Position numbers and translations under genes: made by a program. A stretch of 61,961 nt of DNA, filler included, from Deltaproteobacteria bacterium (GTDB lineage: Bacteria; CG2-30-53-67): assembly GCA_013151235.1 (NCBI GenBank). It is 3 parts of 3 records of this genome, joined end to end, with 100 filler letters (N's around TTAATTAATTAA, not from the genome) between each part and the next. Parts side by side here need not be neighbours in the genome. Positions count along the whole stretch, not along the records: positions 47,881 to 61,961 come from JAADIO010000070.1; 2 more parts are not named here. One strand, given 5' to 3'. Numbering within the stretch: position 1 is the stretch's first letter; each line of letters starts with the position of its first letter. The notes beneath the pieces are model-generated. The model searched no databases, was not told the origin of the DNA, and saw nothing but the letters and a program-made list of their open reading frames with translations. Below are positions 48,528 through 60,532 of this stretch, one piece after another.

Positions 48528-50702
48528 TCAGTGAACAATCTCGGAGAGTTTTTGCAGGACCTGCGGGTCGAAATGGACGTTGGCGAGGTTTTGCATTTCT
48601 TGCAGGGCGGCTTTTTCGGAGAAGGGCTTCCGCCATGCCCGATTGGAAGTCATGGAGACGAAGGTGTCTGCAACGCAAAGGATTCGGGCCGGCAGGGGGA
48701 TCTGGTCCCCTACCAGACCGTAGGGGTAACCGGATCCGTTTAATTTTTCATGATGTTGCAGGACCGTATTTTTGACCTCTTCTTCCTCGGTCGCCAGGGC
48801 ATCCAGGATCTTCCAGCTGAAGAAGGGATGGCGCCGGATGATGGCGGTCTCCTCTTCGGAGAGCTTCCCTTTTTTATTGTACAGTTCACTCCGGATAGCG
48901 ATCTTTCCGATATCATGCAGCCGGGCGGAGAGGATGAGCCTTTCGGTCTCCTGTGCTGTCAGCTTCATCCTTTTTGCAAGATTTTCCGTATACCGGGCAA
49001 CACGCTCAGAATGGCCGTTGTGGAATGTGTCCTTGGCTTCCAATACCATGGCCAGCGAAGCAAGCGCTGTTTTAGAGAATCTGTTCTGAATTTCTTCGAA
49101 GCGGAGCCCTTCCTTGAGAAAATCAGTCAGGTGAGCACTTAATGGGAGGATTTTCCGTAAGTCCTCTTCCGTGAAGGTTCCTCCGTCCGTTTTGTTTGAG
49201 AGGTGAATCACCCCCAGAGTTTTCCCATCCATCCGCAGGGGGATCGACAGGAAAGATCCGTTTTTGTAGTCTTTGTAAAGATTCTTGTGAACGGCGGGGA
49301 TGGATTCTATGGTTTCCGCCACAACCGGTTTTCCTCCTGCAGCAACCCAGCCGGTCACTGTTTTGTCCGCCGGAACCCGGGTATTCTTAATCAATTCGGT
49401 GTAGTTCCCGAAACCGCAGGCCGCCCGGATAACAAACTGGCCGGTGCCGGGTTCCGCAAGGAGGAGGGAGCCTTTCTCTGCATGGAGGGTCTCCATGGCG
49501 ACTTCCACAATCAGCTCAATCAGTCGTCCCATATTGAAAACGGAATGAATTGTGCGGGTGACCCGGTTTAAATCGAGTTGCTGTGTAAGCGCCTCGGGTT
49601 CCGCTGCACGAGGATCCTGTTGCGGATATTGGGTGACCTGGTCCCCCCCCTGCTCCCGGGCGGTCTGCAGGGCCTCTTCCATGGAATGAATCAGGGCCAT
49701 CTTGTCCTTCGCATCAAAGGGAAAGGTAACCAACCCCGCACTGATGCTGATCCGTACGGATCGCTCTCCCGTTTCATCCTGAAAGAGGTGACGACTGATG
49801 GTTTCCCGCAGCCGGTCGGCGAAAACCAATCCGCCCTTCCGGTCGGTTTCCGTCAGGATCAAAGCAAATCGATCTTCGCCGTACCGGCAGACGGTATCGA
49901 TCTGCCGGATCTGATCCATAAGTATGGTGCTGATTTCACGGAGTGTTTGTTCACCTTTGAGATGTCCACACTGCCTGACATATTCGTCCCAATGGTCCAT
50001 TTCCATCAGGAGGAGGGACATGGGATTTTTCCGACGTTTCGCTCGTCCGATCTCCCGGTCCAATTGTTCATGGAACTGCAGGAGATTTGCCTGTCCCGGA
50101 AGGTTGTGCAGGGGAACAGCGGTGTCTTCCTGCCCATTGGTTTCATAATCCCGGAAGAGTGCTTCGGACTGTATCATGAGCAGCCAGAGGAGTTTTGCGG
50201 CATCTTCCGAAAAGGAATTCGTTTCCTTGCTGAAGAGTTGCAGGGTTCCGATAATGTTGTTGCTTGCATAGATCGGCACGGAGATCATCGAGGCGGCATC
50301 GGCATAAGTCAGGCACCGGTTCACTAAGTCGTCGCTGCCGCAGGGAACAAAGAAGGTCTTCCCGCTCTGCATACACCATTCTACAAAAAGGTTCCCCTGT
50401 GTCAGGGGTCCTGCAATCTCCTGAGAAAATCCTCGAATAATGAAGGGTCTGACCATATCGAGGTCGTTGTTCCGCAGGTAGAGCAGGGCCCGGTCATAGG
50501 GGATCATTTCGCTGACCAGGTCACAAAGAACATGCAGGGAAACCTTGAACTCCATGTTCAGGTTGGAGATCATGCCCGCCTTCAGCAGGATGTTGATCTC
50601 CTGGAATTTTCTGGAAGCAAAGTCCTGACTGATTTCCGGGGAGATGTCGAGCATATATTTCCGGGCAATCGGATCTTTGATAAATCGTCCGGTGTCAGAC
50701 AT
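48528..50702 (-). CDS. GAF - degenerate GGDEF - GAF - HD-GYP cyclic-dinucleotide signalling protein
   Basis: Two GAF domains. GGDEF domain has RQID and YGEDRF. HD-GYP domain has GHSERV, LHDIGK, HHEKLNGSGYP and VAD. Confidence 0.9.
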   Translation of the reverse strand: MSDTGRFIKDPIARKYMLDISPEISQDFASRKFQEINILLKAGMISNLNMEFKVSLHVLCDLVSEMIPYDRALLYLRNNDLDMVRPFIIRGFSQEIAGPLTQGNLFVEWCMQSGKTFFVPCGSDDLVNRCLTYADAASMISVPIYASNNIIGTLQLFSKETNSFSEDAAKLLWLLMIQSEALFRDYETNGQEDTAVPLHNLPGQANLLQFHEQLDREIGRAKRRKNPMSLLLMEMDHWDEYVRQCGHLKGEQTLREISTILMDQIRQIDTVCRYGEDRFALILTETDRKGGLVFADRLRETISRHLFQDETGERSVRISISAGLVTFPFDAKDKMALIHSMEEALQTAREQGGDQVTQYPQQDPRAAEPEALTQQLDLNRVTRTIHSVFNMGRLIELIVEVAMETLHAEKGSLLLAEPGTGQFVIRAACGFGNYTELIKNTRVPADKTVTGWVAAGGKPVVAETIESIPAVHKNLYKDYKNGSFLSIPLRMDGKTLGVIHLSNKTDGGTFTEEDLRKILPLSAHLTDFLKEGLRFEEIQNRFSKTALASLAMVLEAKDTFHNGHSERVARYTENLAKRMKLTAQETERLILSARLHDIGKIAIRSELYNKKGKLSEEETAIIRRHPFFSWKILDALATEEEEVKNTVLQHHEKLNGSGYPYGLVGDQIPLPARILCVADTFVSMTSNRAWRKPFSEKAALQEMQNLANVHFDPQVLQKLSEIVH

Positions 50703-50795
50703 TCTTTTTGTTTCCCATCATAAGTTGCTCCTGTCGTAGAAACGGGCCGAATCTGGAGAACCACTGCAGTGAACCGAAACTACTGATAGATAGAT

Positions 50796-50927
50796 GATGG
50801 TCTCGTAAAAAGTCACGAAGCCCTTCGACAGGCTCAGGGCGAACGATGTAAGTTATTGATATTCCGTTCGTGGTGAGCCTGTCGAACCATGAACGGAATC
50901 CGGAAAAGGATTTTTTACGACACCATC
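50796..50927. mobile_element. MITE family A copy, 6-bp TSD ATAGAT
   Basis: gatggtctcgtaaaaagtc...ttttacgacaccatc flanked by atagat. Confidence 0.92.
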
Positions 50928-50940
50928 ATAGATGTAAAAT

Positions 50941-50956
50941 AGCAAAAGCCGTGCCA
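50941..50956 (-). promoter_or_regulatory. sigma54 promoter of the HD-GYP gene
   Basis: Minus strand TGGCACGGCTTTTGCT matches the consensus TGGCAC-N5-TTGC. Confidence 0.8.
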
Positions 50957-51268
50957 AAGGCTGCGGCCCGGGTTTTTACTGCCCCTCCTCTTTTCAGTAT
51001 CGAACGGCAGCCTTTGTATCACAAGGAGTTATACGGAATCTGTTCGCGAATCTTCTATCCGGATTCATGATCTTTCATTTCTTCGGCGGGGTGACAGTGT
51101 GTAAAAGTTTACAGAAAAAAGGAAAAACTTTTCACTTATTAGGTGATTTTTTTCCCATAGTGCAAGATGCGGTACTTTTGAAAAGAGTGGGGTGATGCCG
51201 TTGGAGGGGGAAGCCTTGCTCCGAAAACATGATGCAATAGAATTCCGGAAAGCAGTATGAAAACAAAT

Positions 51269-51357
51269 AAAAAGGCGTCCACAAATTTCGGGACGCCTTT
51301 TGGGAATGACATCATGGGGGGATGATGTCAGACGCTTGTTTTCTTTTCATTACCGAT
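51269..51357 (-). ncRNA. Candidate sigma54-dependent sRNA 1
   Basis: Follows the sigma54 motif. Contains a 9-bp stem tgacatcat/atgatgtca with a CCCCCC loop and ends in the terminator ggcgtcc/ggacgcc plus T5. Confidence 0.6.
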
Positions 51358-51367
51358 ACATAGACGA

Positions 51368-51383
51368 AGCAATCAACATGCCA
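51368..51383 (-). promoter_or_regulatory. sigma54 promoter
   Basis: Minus strand TGGCATGTTGATTGCT. Confidence 0.7.
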
Positions 51384-51687
51384 ATTCACCTGATGTCGGT
51401 TAAATGATCCATAACCTATTGAAACAAAAGGTGTAATCTTGTTGCAGGTCCTGTTTTTCTCGGGACTGGCCTGGAAGCAATTGGGACAAATCACCACCAT
51501 GCAAGAAGGCTATATATTAATAAATGTAATGATTCTAATAAGTTAAGCTACTGTGGCAAAATTGTCTCGCGGTGCGTCATTCCGCACAGCCTCAGGTCTT
51601 GCACGGTGTCGGCAAGTCTCATGCTCCTGCCGGTGGAGCGTTACGGAAAATACGTGACATCCTTTCCGGGGTATGGTAATAATCTGA

Positions 51688-53070
<1,383 letters not shown>

Positions 53071-53077
53071 TTTCGAG

Positions 53078-53956
53078 ATGATGGAGATCTCCCGTCTCAG
53101 GCAATCTCTCGAAGATCTCTACCGGACGTACGATATCCGTTATCTGCAGGCCGACCCCCTTTCCATGGTTCACCGGTTTTCCCGGCCGGAAGACCGGGAG
53201 GTGGCCGGTTTGATTGCGGCGGCTTTCTCCTATGGCAGGGTCCCGCAGATCTTAAAGACCCTGAAGGGGATCTTTGCCCCCATGGCGGGGGCGCCCTATG
53301 CCTTCGTGCAAAATTTTGATCTTGTGCGGGACGGTCCGAAATTCTCGGGGTTGGTGCATCGCTTCAATAACGATCAAGACCTGATCTGCCTCCTGATCGG
53401 TTTGCAGCAGGTCTTGAAGGAATTCGGATCTGTAAAGGGTCTTTTTCTGGCCGGTTATGCTCCGTCCGAGCCCGATATCGGCCCGGCTCTGACTCGTTTC
53501 GTGGAGTATATTCTTGCCCTTGATTATTCCCCCCTCTACGGGAAAAGGCCTCTCCCTCCGACGGCGGGGGTCCGTTTTCTGCTCCCCTCTCCCCGGAAAA
53601 AAAGCGCCTGCAAGCGGCTCAATATGTATCTTCGCTGGATGGTCCGGTGCGGTGATTCCCTTGACCTGGGACTATGGCGGGAGATTTCTCCGGCCAAGCT
53701 TCTGATTCCCCTGGATACGCATGTCGCGCGGATTGCGAAACGGATCGGACTGACGAAGCGGACGGCGGCCGACTGGCGGGCGGTTCGGGAGATTACGGAG
53801 AAACTTCGGCGCCTCGATCCGGAAGATCCCGTCCGGTATGATTTTGCCCTTGCCCATCTGGGGATTTTGCAGCAGTGTGGAAAAGAGGTAAATGCCGCCG
53901 GGTGTGCCGCCTGCGTTCTGGAGTGGACCTGCAGGAAAAACTCCCGGCAGCGATGA
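53078..53956 (+). CDS. TIGR02757/DUF2400 family protein (HhH-GPD-like)
   Basis: DP, DREVAGL, YG, SACKRLNMYLRWMVR, IPLDTH, DPVRYDFAL and a C-terminal Cys cluster. Confidence 0.88.
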   Translation: MMEISRLRQSLEDLYRTYDIRYLQADPLSMVHRFSRPEDREVAGLIAAAFSYGRVPQILKTLKGIFAPMAGAPYAFVQNFDLVRDGPKFSGLVHRFNNDQDLICLLIGLQQVLKEFGSVKGLFLAGYAPSEPDIGPALTRFVEYILALDYSPLYGKRPLPPTAGVRFLLPSPRKKSACKRLNMYLRWMVRCGDSLDLGLWREISPAKLLIPLDTHVARIAKRIGLTKRTAADWRAVREITEKLRRLDPEDPVRYDFALAHLGILQQCGKEVNAAGCAACVLEWTCRKNSRQR

Positions 53957-54067
53957 TTGTTTCCTCACATTATGGATGCCTATTGGTCATGAGGTGGGTT
54001 GCCCTCCGTGATCATCATTTTCCGACGCTGCATGATCGTGGTGATCCCGCAGGGTGCGAAAATGTCT

Positions 54068-55276
54068 TCAGGGCAGCTCATAGATCAACAGGCGGGTTTT
54101 TTGCCGGAAAGGAATCATTCCCTCCCGGAGGAAGAGGATCAGATCCCTTTTCCCGTTGTTATCGATATCTCCCACGGCCTGGTCGATAATTTTTCCGAAG
54201 ATCGGCTGGGTATCCCAGTACTCCCTGACCTGACCGTTGGCCAGGACAAGATCGGCTACGCTCTCCCGGGTCAACAGACTCCTGATGAGCCGGACATTCA
54301 GGATCGGCCGCTGCAGGATCAGGAGTAACTCATCCCGGCCGTCCTGATCGTAGTCACCGGAAAGCATGCGATTGGGAATCTTCAATTTTTTCTTCAGCGT
54401 CCCCCCTGCGGGATTTTGCACACGGATCTTGTATGTGTGAAAATCGGGAAGTCTGAAAGCATCGATTTTTGTGATCTCCCGCAGGTCGGGGGCATAGAAG
54501 CGGAGTTGCCCCGTTCCGGAGAGGCTGTAATAGGCGGAGCCGTCGGCATCCCGTGAATAGTGGCTTCCCGCAGCATAGAGAGCCGCTCCGGGCGGGAAAT
54601 TCAGCGGTCCTGCCCGCTGGATCCGTCCTCCCTCCCAGTGGTAGCGGCCGATCTTGTCCCGGCCCGGGGTAAAAGACTGTCCCGCCAGGAAAGGATGATC
54701 TTCCGGATCCCGAAGGATCTGCAGATAGACGCCGGGAATGACCGCCCTCCGAAAGTGTTTCTCCTGAAAGGTCAGGATACCGGAGAAGAGTTGATGGTTC
54801 CGAATTCCCCGGTAAAGGATTTCATCCCTGCCGTCGCAGTTAAGATCACCTGCGTCGAGGGAGAGGTAACGGATCTTCCTGTTATCTTGGTTGACGGCAT
54901 CGAGGGGAGATTCGGCGTCTTTATGTTTCCAGATCCGGAAGGAAAAGAAACCCTTTTTCTCCTGCTCTTTCGTGCCGGGAGTTAGGAACCGTCCGTATTT
55001 CCACTGTACGATACGAAGGATCCTTCCATCCGTGGTGATCAGTTCGTTTTCCCCATCCCCGTCGAGATCTCCGATGACCGCGGAGCGGACCGGGAAAGGG
55101 AGCACTTTTTCCTTCCACACTTTCTGCATAACCTGTTTCCGGATATAGGTCGGGATGACGGCCGGGAAGTCGTTTTTCTTCACGGTGTTCCCTGCGGCAT
55201 GCGCGACGACCGGCACCGGGAACCGGAGCAGGGGAAAGAGGCCGAGGAGGACAAGGATCAGCAGGATACGTTTCAT
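54068..55276 (-). CDS. Exported FG-GAP/VCBS-repeat protein
   Basis: Signal peptide ending AHA, and GDLDGDGENE, GDLNCDGRDE, GDYDQDGRDE, GDIDNNGKRD. Confidence 0.85.
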   Translation of the reverse strand: MKRILLILVLLGLFPLLRFPVPVVAHAAGNTVKKNDFPAVIPTYIRKQVMQKVWKEKVLPFPVRSAVIGDLDGDGENELITTDGRILRIVQWKYGRFLTPGTKEQEKKGFFSFRIWKHKDAESPLDAVNQDNRKIRYLSLDAGDLNCDGRDEILYRGIRNHQLFSGILTFQEKHFRRAVIPGVYLQILRDPEDHPFLAGQSFTPGRDKIGRYHWEGGRIQRAGPLNFPPGAALYAAGSHYSRDADGSAYYSLSGTGQLRFYAPDLREITKIDAFRLPDFHTYKIRVQNPAGGTLKKKLKIPNRMLSGDYDQDGRDELLLILQRPILNVRLIRSLLTRESVADLVLANGQVREYWDTQPIFGKIIDQAVGDIDNNGKRDLILFLREGMIPFRQKTRLLIYELP

Positions 55277-57474
55277 GGAGACTCCCTCAGGGTTTCGGTT
55301 CGATTCTCAGTCGTTTCCCCCTGCCGTATTGAAAGATCACTCATTTCCATGTTGAGTTGCAGGAGGGCTTCTTCCCCCGGGGCCAGACGCATTTCCCAGT
55401 GCAGAAGAAGGCAGGAACCCTGATAGATTTTCTCAAAGCCTCCTTCCGACTGGGAGACGGTTTCGATCGGAAAGCGCCAAAGGCCGGCCGGTTGCCGTGC
55501 AGTGATCCCCCACCGAATGCCGCTCCATTCATCCGTCAGGACGAGGCGTTCCACTCCGTCCATCGCTCCCGTTCCGGCAAGATGAGGGGGAACCGGTTTC
55601 TCCCCGTTGATCCGGTAGTAACGGTCCGGGGCATTGCCGGCCAGCAGGGTGATGTTGAATTCAATCCCGAAGCGGCCGGTAAGATCGTCCGGTCCCGTGT
55701 TGCGGATGCTGTAATCGATTGTCACCGACGAAACCCCGGCGGTTGCGTGGATGGTTTTTGTCACCCGGACTGTTTTCGGCCTCCCGGCCCCCTGCGCGGA
55801 ACGGACGGCGCCTTTCCGGGTCAGCGAGAGACCGGTCCCCTTCCCGGTGGTCGCGAGGGAGGCGGTGTAGGCTCCGGCTACGAAGTCTCCCTCCTCATCG
55901 TATTTCCCTTGCTGAAAGGCCTCCATGGATGTTTTGTCCGGGAAGAAATGGTCGATCAGGGAATGTCGGGGATAGGGATCATAAACAATCCGTTCCGCCA
56001 GTCCTTCTTCTTTCGCCATGACCTGATGATGAATGGTCTGCACACCCCCCTCCTGCGGAGCGGTGAGGGCCCGGCTGATCTCCTGATGATAAAATTCAGG
56101 GATCCGGGTCAGGGTATCCTGCAGGTTGAAGGAGCGGGGTTTGAAGTCGAGGCCGATGAGTGTGCCGCCCTGGTGGGGGGCGAAGATCATCGTATAGCTT
56201 TCCGAGTTCAGAATCATCTCTTCAGCGCCGTCTTTGTCGAGATCGGCATGAACGGTGTCCAGCCAGACCGACCGGCCGTCATGCAGGAGGGTGTCGGCGA
56301 TGGCCTCGGCCCGGATCAGGTGACGGTAGATGCCGGCACGCAGGTGGGGCAGGTAGAGCCCGCCGAAGACACCGTGCCAGTAGGCATCGTTGCACTGTCC
56401 CTTCCACAGTTCATTGAGGGCGGTCTCTTTCTCCTTTCCGTCAGGGAGGTGGTGAACCTTGTCGCTGACAAAAAGCATCTTTTTGTGCATCCGGTTGCTC
56501 TCCGGATATTTGGAAAAGAAGTTTCGCCAGAAACCACCGGCCAGGAAGGGGCGGGCCATTTCTTCCAGACCGGCTTCGGCGAGCCGATCTTTCAAGTGCC
56601 GGAACTCTTCCGAAGCGTTCTGCAGCAGCGACCATTCGGCCATTTCCATATAGGAAGAGGTGGGAAGATAGATCCGTCCTCGGGGGGCGTGGCTTTGAAG
56701 GACCTCGGAGAAGAGTTTCGGCTCAATCCAGTCCCGGTTTTCGTCCAGGGCCTCGAAAAAGCGGGAGAGCCAGCCTTCCTCGTAGACGGAATGATAGGTC
56801 CCGGGCCATACGCCGAACTTTTCTCCATCGTCTCCCATAATCGCAAGCGGGGTCTCCGAGGTATTCCGCATTTCGTCAAGGTAGGCGAGGGTTTCTTCCA
56901 CCGGGTGGAAAGGAATCAGGTAGCGCAGGCGTTCGCTGCCGGGAAAGACATTCAGGATCTTTCCCTTTTCTTCCGTGATGTAATATCCGTGAAGGGACTC
57001 CCCTCGAAGACCGGCCATGATAAAATGGTGATCATCGATGACGATATACTTTGCCCCGGCGTTATGGAGCGATTCCGCCAGGTGGGGCTCCCAGACCCGT
57101 TCCGCCAGCCACATCCCCTTCGGTTCGGTCCGAAAGGTCTCCCGGAGAAAAGAGGTCAGCTTGCTCATCTGTCCCTGTTTGTCCGATTCATAGAGCGTGG
57201 TCAGGATCGGTTCGTAAAACCCTCCGGACATGAGTTCGACCTGATTTTTTCCCACCAAACTGCAAAGTTCTTTGATGAATTCCGGATGGTTTTCCTTCAG
57301 CCATTCCAAAAGGAAACCGGAATAGTGGAGAGTCACACGTATATGGGGGTGTTCCGTCAGTGCGCGGGCGAAGGGAAGATAAGCTTTTTGGTAAGAGGTT
57401 TCCAGTACCTGGGAGAAGTTGTCTACCGGTTGATGATTGTGGATTGCAAGAAGGAGTGTAACCGGTTTTGCCAT
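55273..57474 (-). CDS. GH57 alpha-amylase/4-alpha-glucanotransferase (DUF1925/DUF1926)
   Basis: HNHQP, GGFYEPIL, WLAERVW, DDGEKFG.WP, QCNDAYWHG.FGGLY, SQSEGGFE.IYQG. Confidence 0.93.
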   Translation of the reverse strand: MAKPVTLLLAIHNHQPVDNFSQVLETSYQKAYLPFARALTEHPHIRVTLHYSGFLLEWLKENHPEFIKELCSLVGKNQVELMSGGFYEPILTTLYESDKQGQMSKLTSFLRETFRTEPKGMWLAERVWEPHLAESLHNAGAKYIVIDDHHFIMAGLRGESLHGYYITEEKGKILNVFPGSERLRYLIPFHPVEETLAYLDEMRNTSETPLAIMGDDGEKFGVWPGTYHSVYEEGWLSRFFEALDENRDWIEPKLFSEVLQSHAPRGRIYLPTSSYMEMAEWSLLQNASEEFRHLKDRLAEAGLEEMARPFLAGGFWRNFFSKYPESNRMHKKMLFVSDKVHHLPDGKEKETALNELWKGQCNDAYWHGVFGGLYLPHLRAGIYRHLIRAEAIADTLLHDGRSVWLDTVHADLDKDGAEEMILNSESYTMIFAPHQGGTLIGLDFKPRSFNLQDTLTRIPEFYHQEISRALTAPQEGGVQTIHHQVMAKEEGLAERIVYDPYPRHSLIDHFFPDKTSMEAFQQGKYDEEGDFVAGAYTASLATTGKGTGLSLTRKGAVRSAQGAGRPKTVRVTKTIHATAGVSSVTIDYSIRNTGPDDLTGRFGIEFNITLLAGNAPDRYYRINGEKPVPPHLAGTGAMDGVERLVLTDEWSGIRWGITARQPAGLWRFPIETVSQSEGGFEKIYQGSCLLLHWEMRLAPGEEALLQLNMEMSDLSIRQGETTENRTETLRESP

Positions 57475-57567
57475 GCATATTTCTCCGGGGATCTTTGAAA
57501 GTCGTTGCGATTATAGACAAAGAGCTGATCGAAAGCAACCTTTGTCAGGATCGAAAGCGCAAAAAAC

Positions 57568-57784
57568 TGTAACGACTCAGGTTGCTTCTATTTTTCGGCA
57601 GGACAAGGCGTGAGGAGCGCAAAACCGGAGGCGTATTTTTATACGTTGAGGATTTGAGCACCGGAACACCCCAAGATCCCTTATTCCTCAGAACCGCGGA
57701 AAGCGGCAAAGATAAATCTCAGGCGGGGCACGCCGAAGGCGTAACCAGTCATGCGGGAAAAGAGGGGTGACCTGAGTCGTTACA
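57568..57784. mobile_element. MITE family B (TGT...ACA ends), 6-bp TSD AAAAAC
   Basis: Perfect 15-bp inverted repeats tgtaacgactcaggt/acctgagtcgttaca, flanked by aaaaac at 57562-67 and 57785-90. 217 bp, no transposase. Confidence 0.85.
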
Positions 57785-57881
57785 AAAAACTGACCGGCCC
57801 GAGAGCCGGTCAGTTCAAGAAAGGAGGACAGACTTAATTAAGCGGCCTGTTAAAAGGAAACTTAATTAAGGTGCTTTGTAT
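57784..57881 (-). ncRNA. Candidate sigma54-dependent sRNA 2
   Basis: Follows the sigma54 motif. cttaattaag occurs twice and can pair. CCUCCUU lies just before the terminator aactgaccggc/gccggtcagtt plus a U-tract. Confidence 0.6.
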
Positions 57882-57891
57882 ATAGTTGCAC

Positions 57892-57907
57892 TGCAATCTG
57901 TGTGCCG
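57892..57907 (-). promoter_or_regulatory. sigma54 promoter
   Basis: Minus strand CGGCACACAGATTGCA (GG-N10-GC). Confidence 0.7.
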
Positions 57908-58124
57908 AATCACTGGATATGGATAAGTCATTGAATACATGTGGTTTTGCGACTGTTCTGAAAGTATGCCCGGTTCCCGTTTTGTCCATTTTTATCCATG
58001 TTTTCTTTCGGGTTCCATCTCCTGTCCGGGAAAGCGGTGCAGGACAAGGGCTGAGCGCTTGTGCAGAAAAGAACAGGGCAAAGTGCAATTTTGCACAAGA
58101 AGATTTCTCTCGGTGATGGAATAT

Positions 58125-59765
<1,641 letters not shown>

Positions 59766-59786
59766 GGTGCAACCTCCTGCGAACAA

Positions 59787-59815
59787 ATTATAGACAGGGA
59801 AGGAAAAAAGATCAA
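59787..59815 (-). promoter_or_regulatory. sigma70 promoter of hflX
   Basis: TTGATC-17-TATAAT on the minus strand. Confidence 0.7.
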
Positions 59816-59941
59816 GGCGGACCTTGCGACAATCGGTCGCTGCTTGCCGCAAGATTCGGAAAGAAATATTTGCCTCTCCTTCCGCTTGCGTGGTAATTTA
59901 GATTTCGCAGAAAATGGTAGAGGCTTTCAGGAAAGAGGACA

Positions 59942-60478
59942 ATGGCACAAGGGGAACTCTGCTATGCCGAGTTTGCTTCGCCTTTCGGCCCGGTCTGGGT
60001 CAGCGGGAACGATACCGGAGTCACCGCGATCGTCTTGTCGCCGCATGAGGTGAAGCGGGCGCAAAGAGAGCTTTTGAAGCGGTTCCCTGGGATCCTGCGG
60101 GAAAACTCCGGAAAGTTGGCGCCCGTCATCCGGGAAGTGAGTCGATATCTTGACGGATCTTCCGAGGAGATTGCCCTGCAGGCCGACCTGACCGGGTTGC
60201 CCCCTTTTCGGCAACGGGTCTTGAAGGTTCTGCAGACGATCCCTTACGGGGAAGTGCGAAGTTATCAGTGGGTCGCAGTGCAGGCGGGAAGTCCCCGGGC
60301 CTTTCGGGCGGCGGGTTCCGCCTGTGCCGCCAATCCACTTCCTTTACTGATCCCCTGTCACCGTGTGATCGCCGGGGACGGCTCACTCGGCGGATTCCGG
60401 GGCGGGACCCTGCTCAAAAAACGGTTGCTGGCACTGGAGGGGGTTGACCTGTCTTCGATGACCCGGAGGCGAAGATGA
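59942..60478 (+). CDS. ogt: Methylated-DNA-protein-cysteine methyltransferase
   Basis: IPYGEVRSY, RAAGSACAANP, IPCHRV. Confidence 0.95.
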   Translation: MAQGELCYAEFASPFGPVWVSGNDTGVTAIVLSPHEVKRAQRELLKRFPGILRENSGKLAPVIREVSRYLDGSSEEIALQADLTGLPPFRQRVLKVLQTIPYGEVRSYQWVAVQAGSPRAFRAAGSACAANPLPLLIPCHRVIAGDGSLGGFRGGTLLKKRLLALEGVDLSSMTRRRR

Positions 60479-60532
60479 AAATTACTTCACAGCAGGGGAA
60501 AGGGGGGAGCGACCGGTCTGGAGGGAAAAGGG

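Noticed and set aside
55357-57498. 713-aa antisense ORF (also 12202-13419, 42479-43729 and 28381-29331)
   Set aside because: Shadow frames of well-supported genes in GC-rich DNA, with no recognisable motifs.
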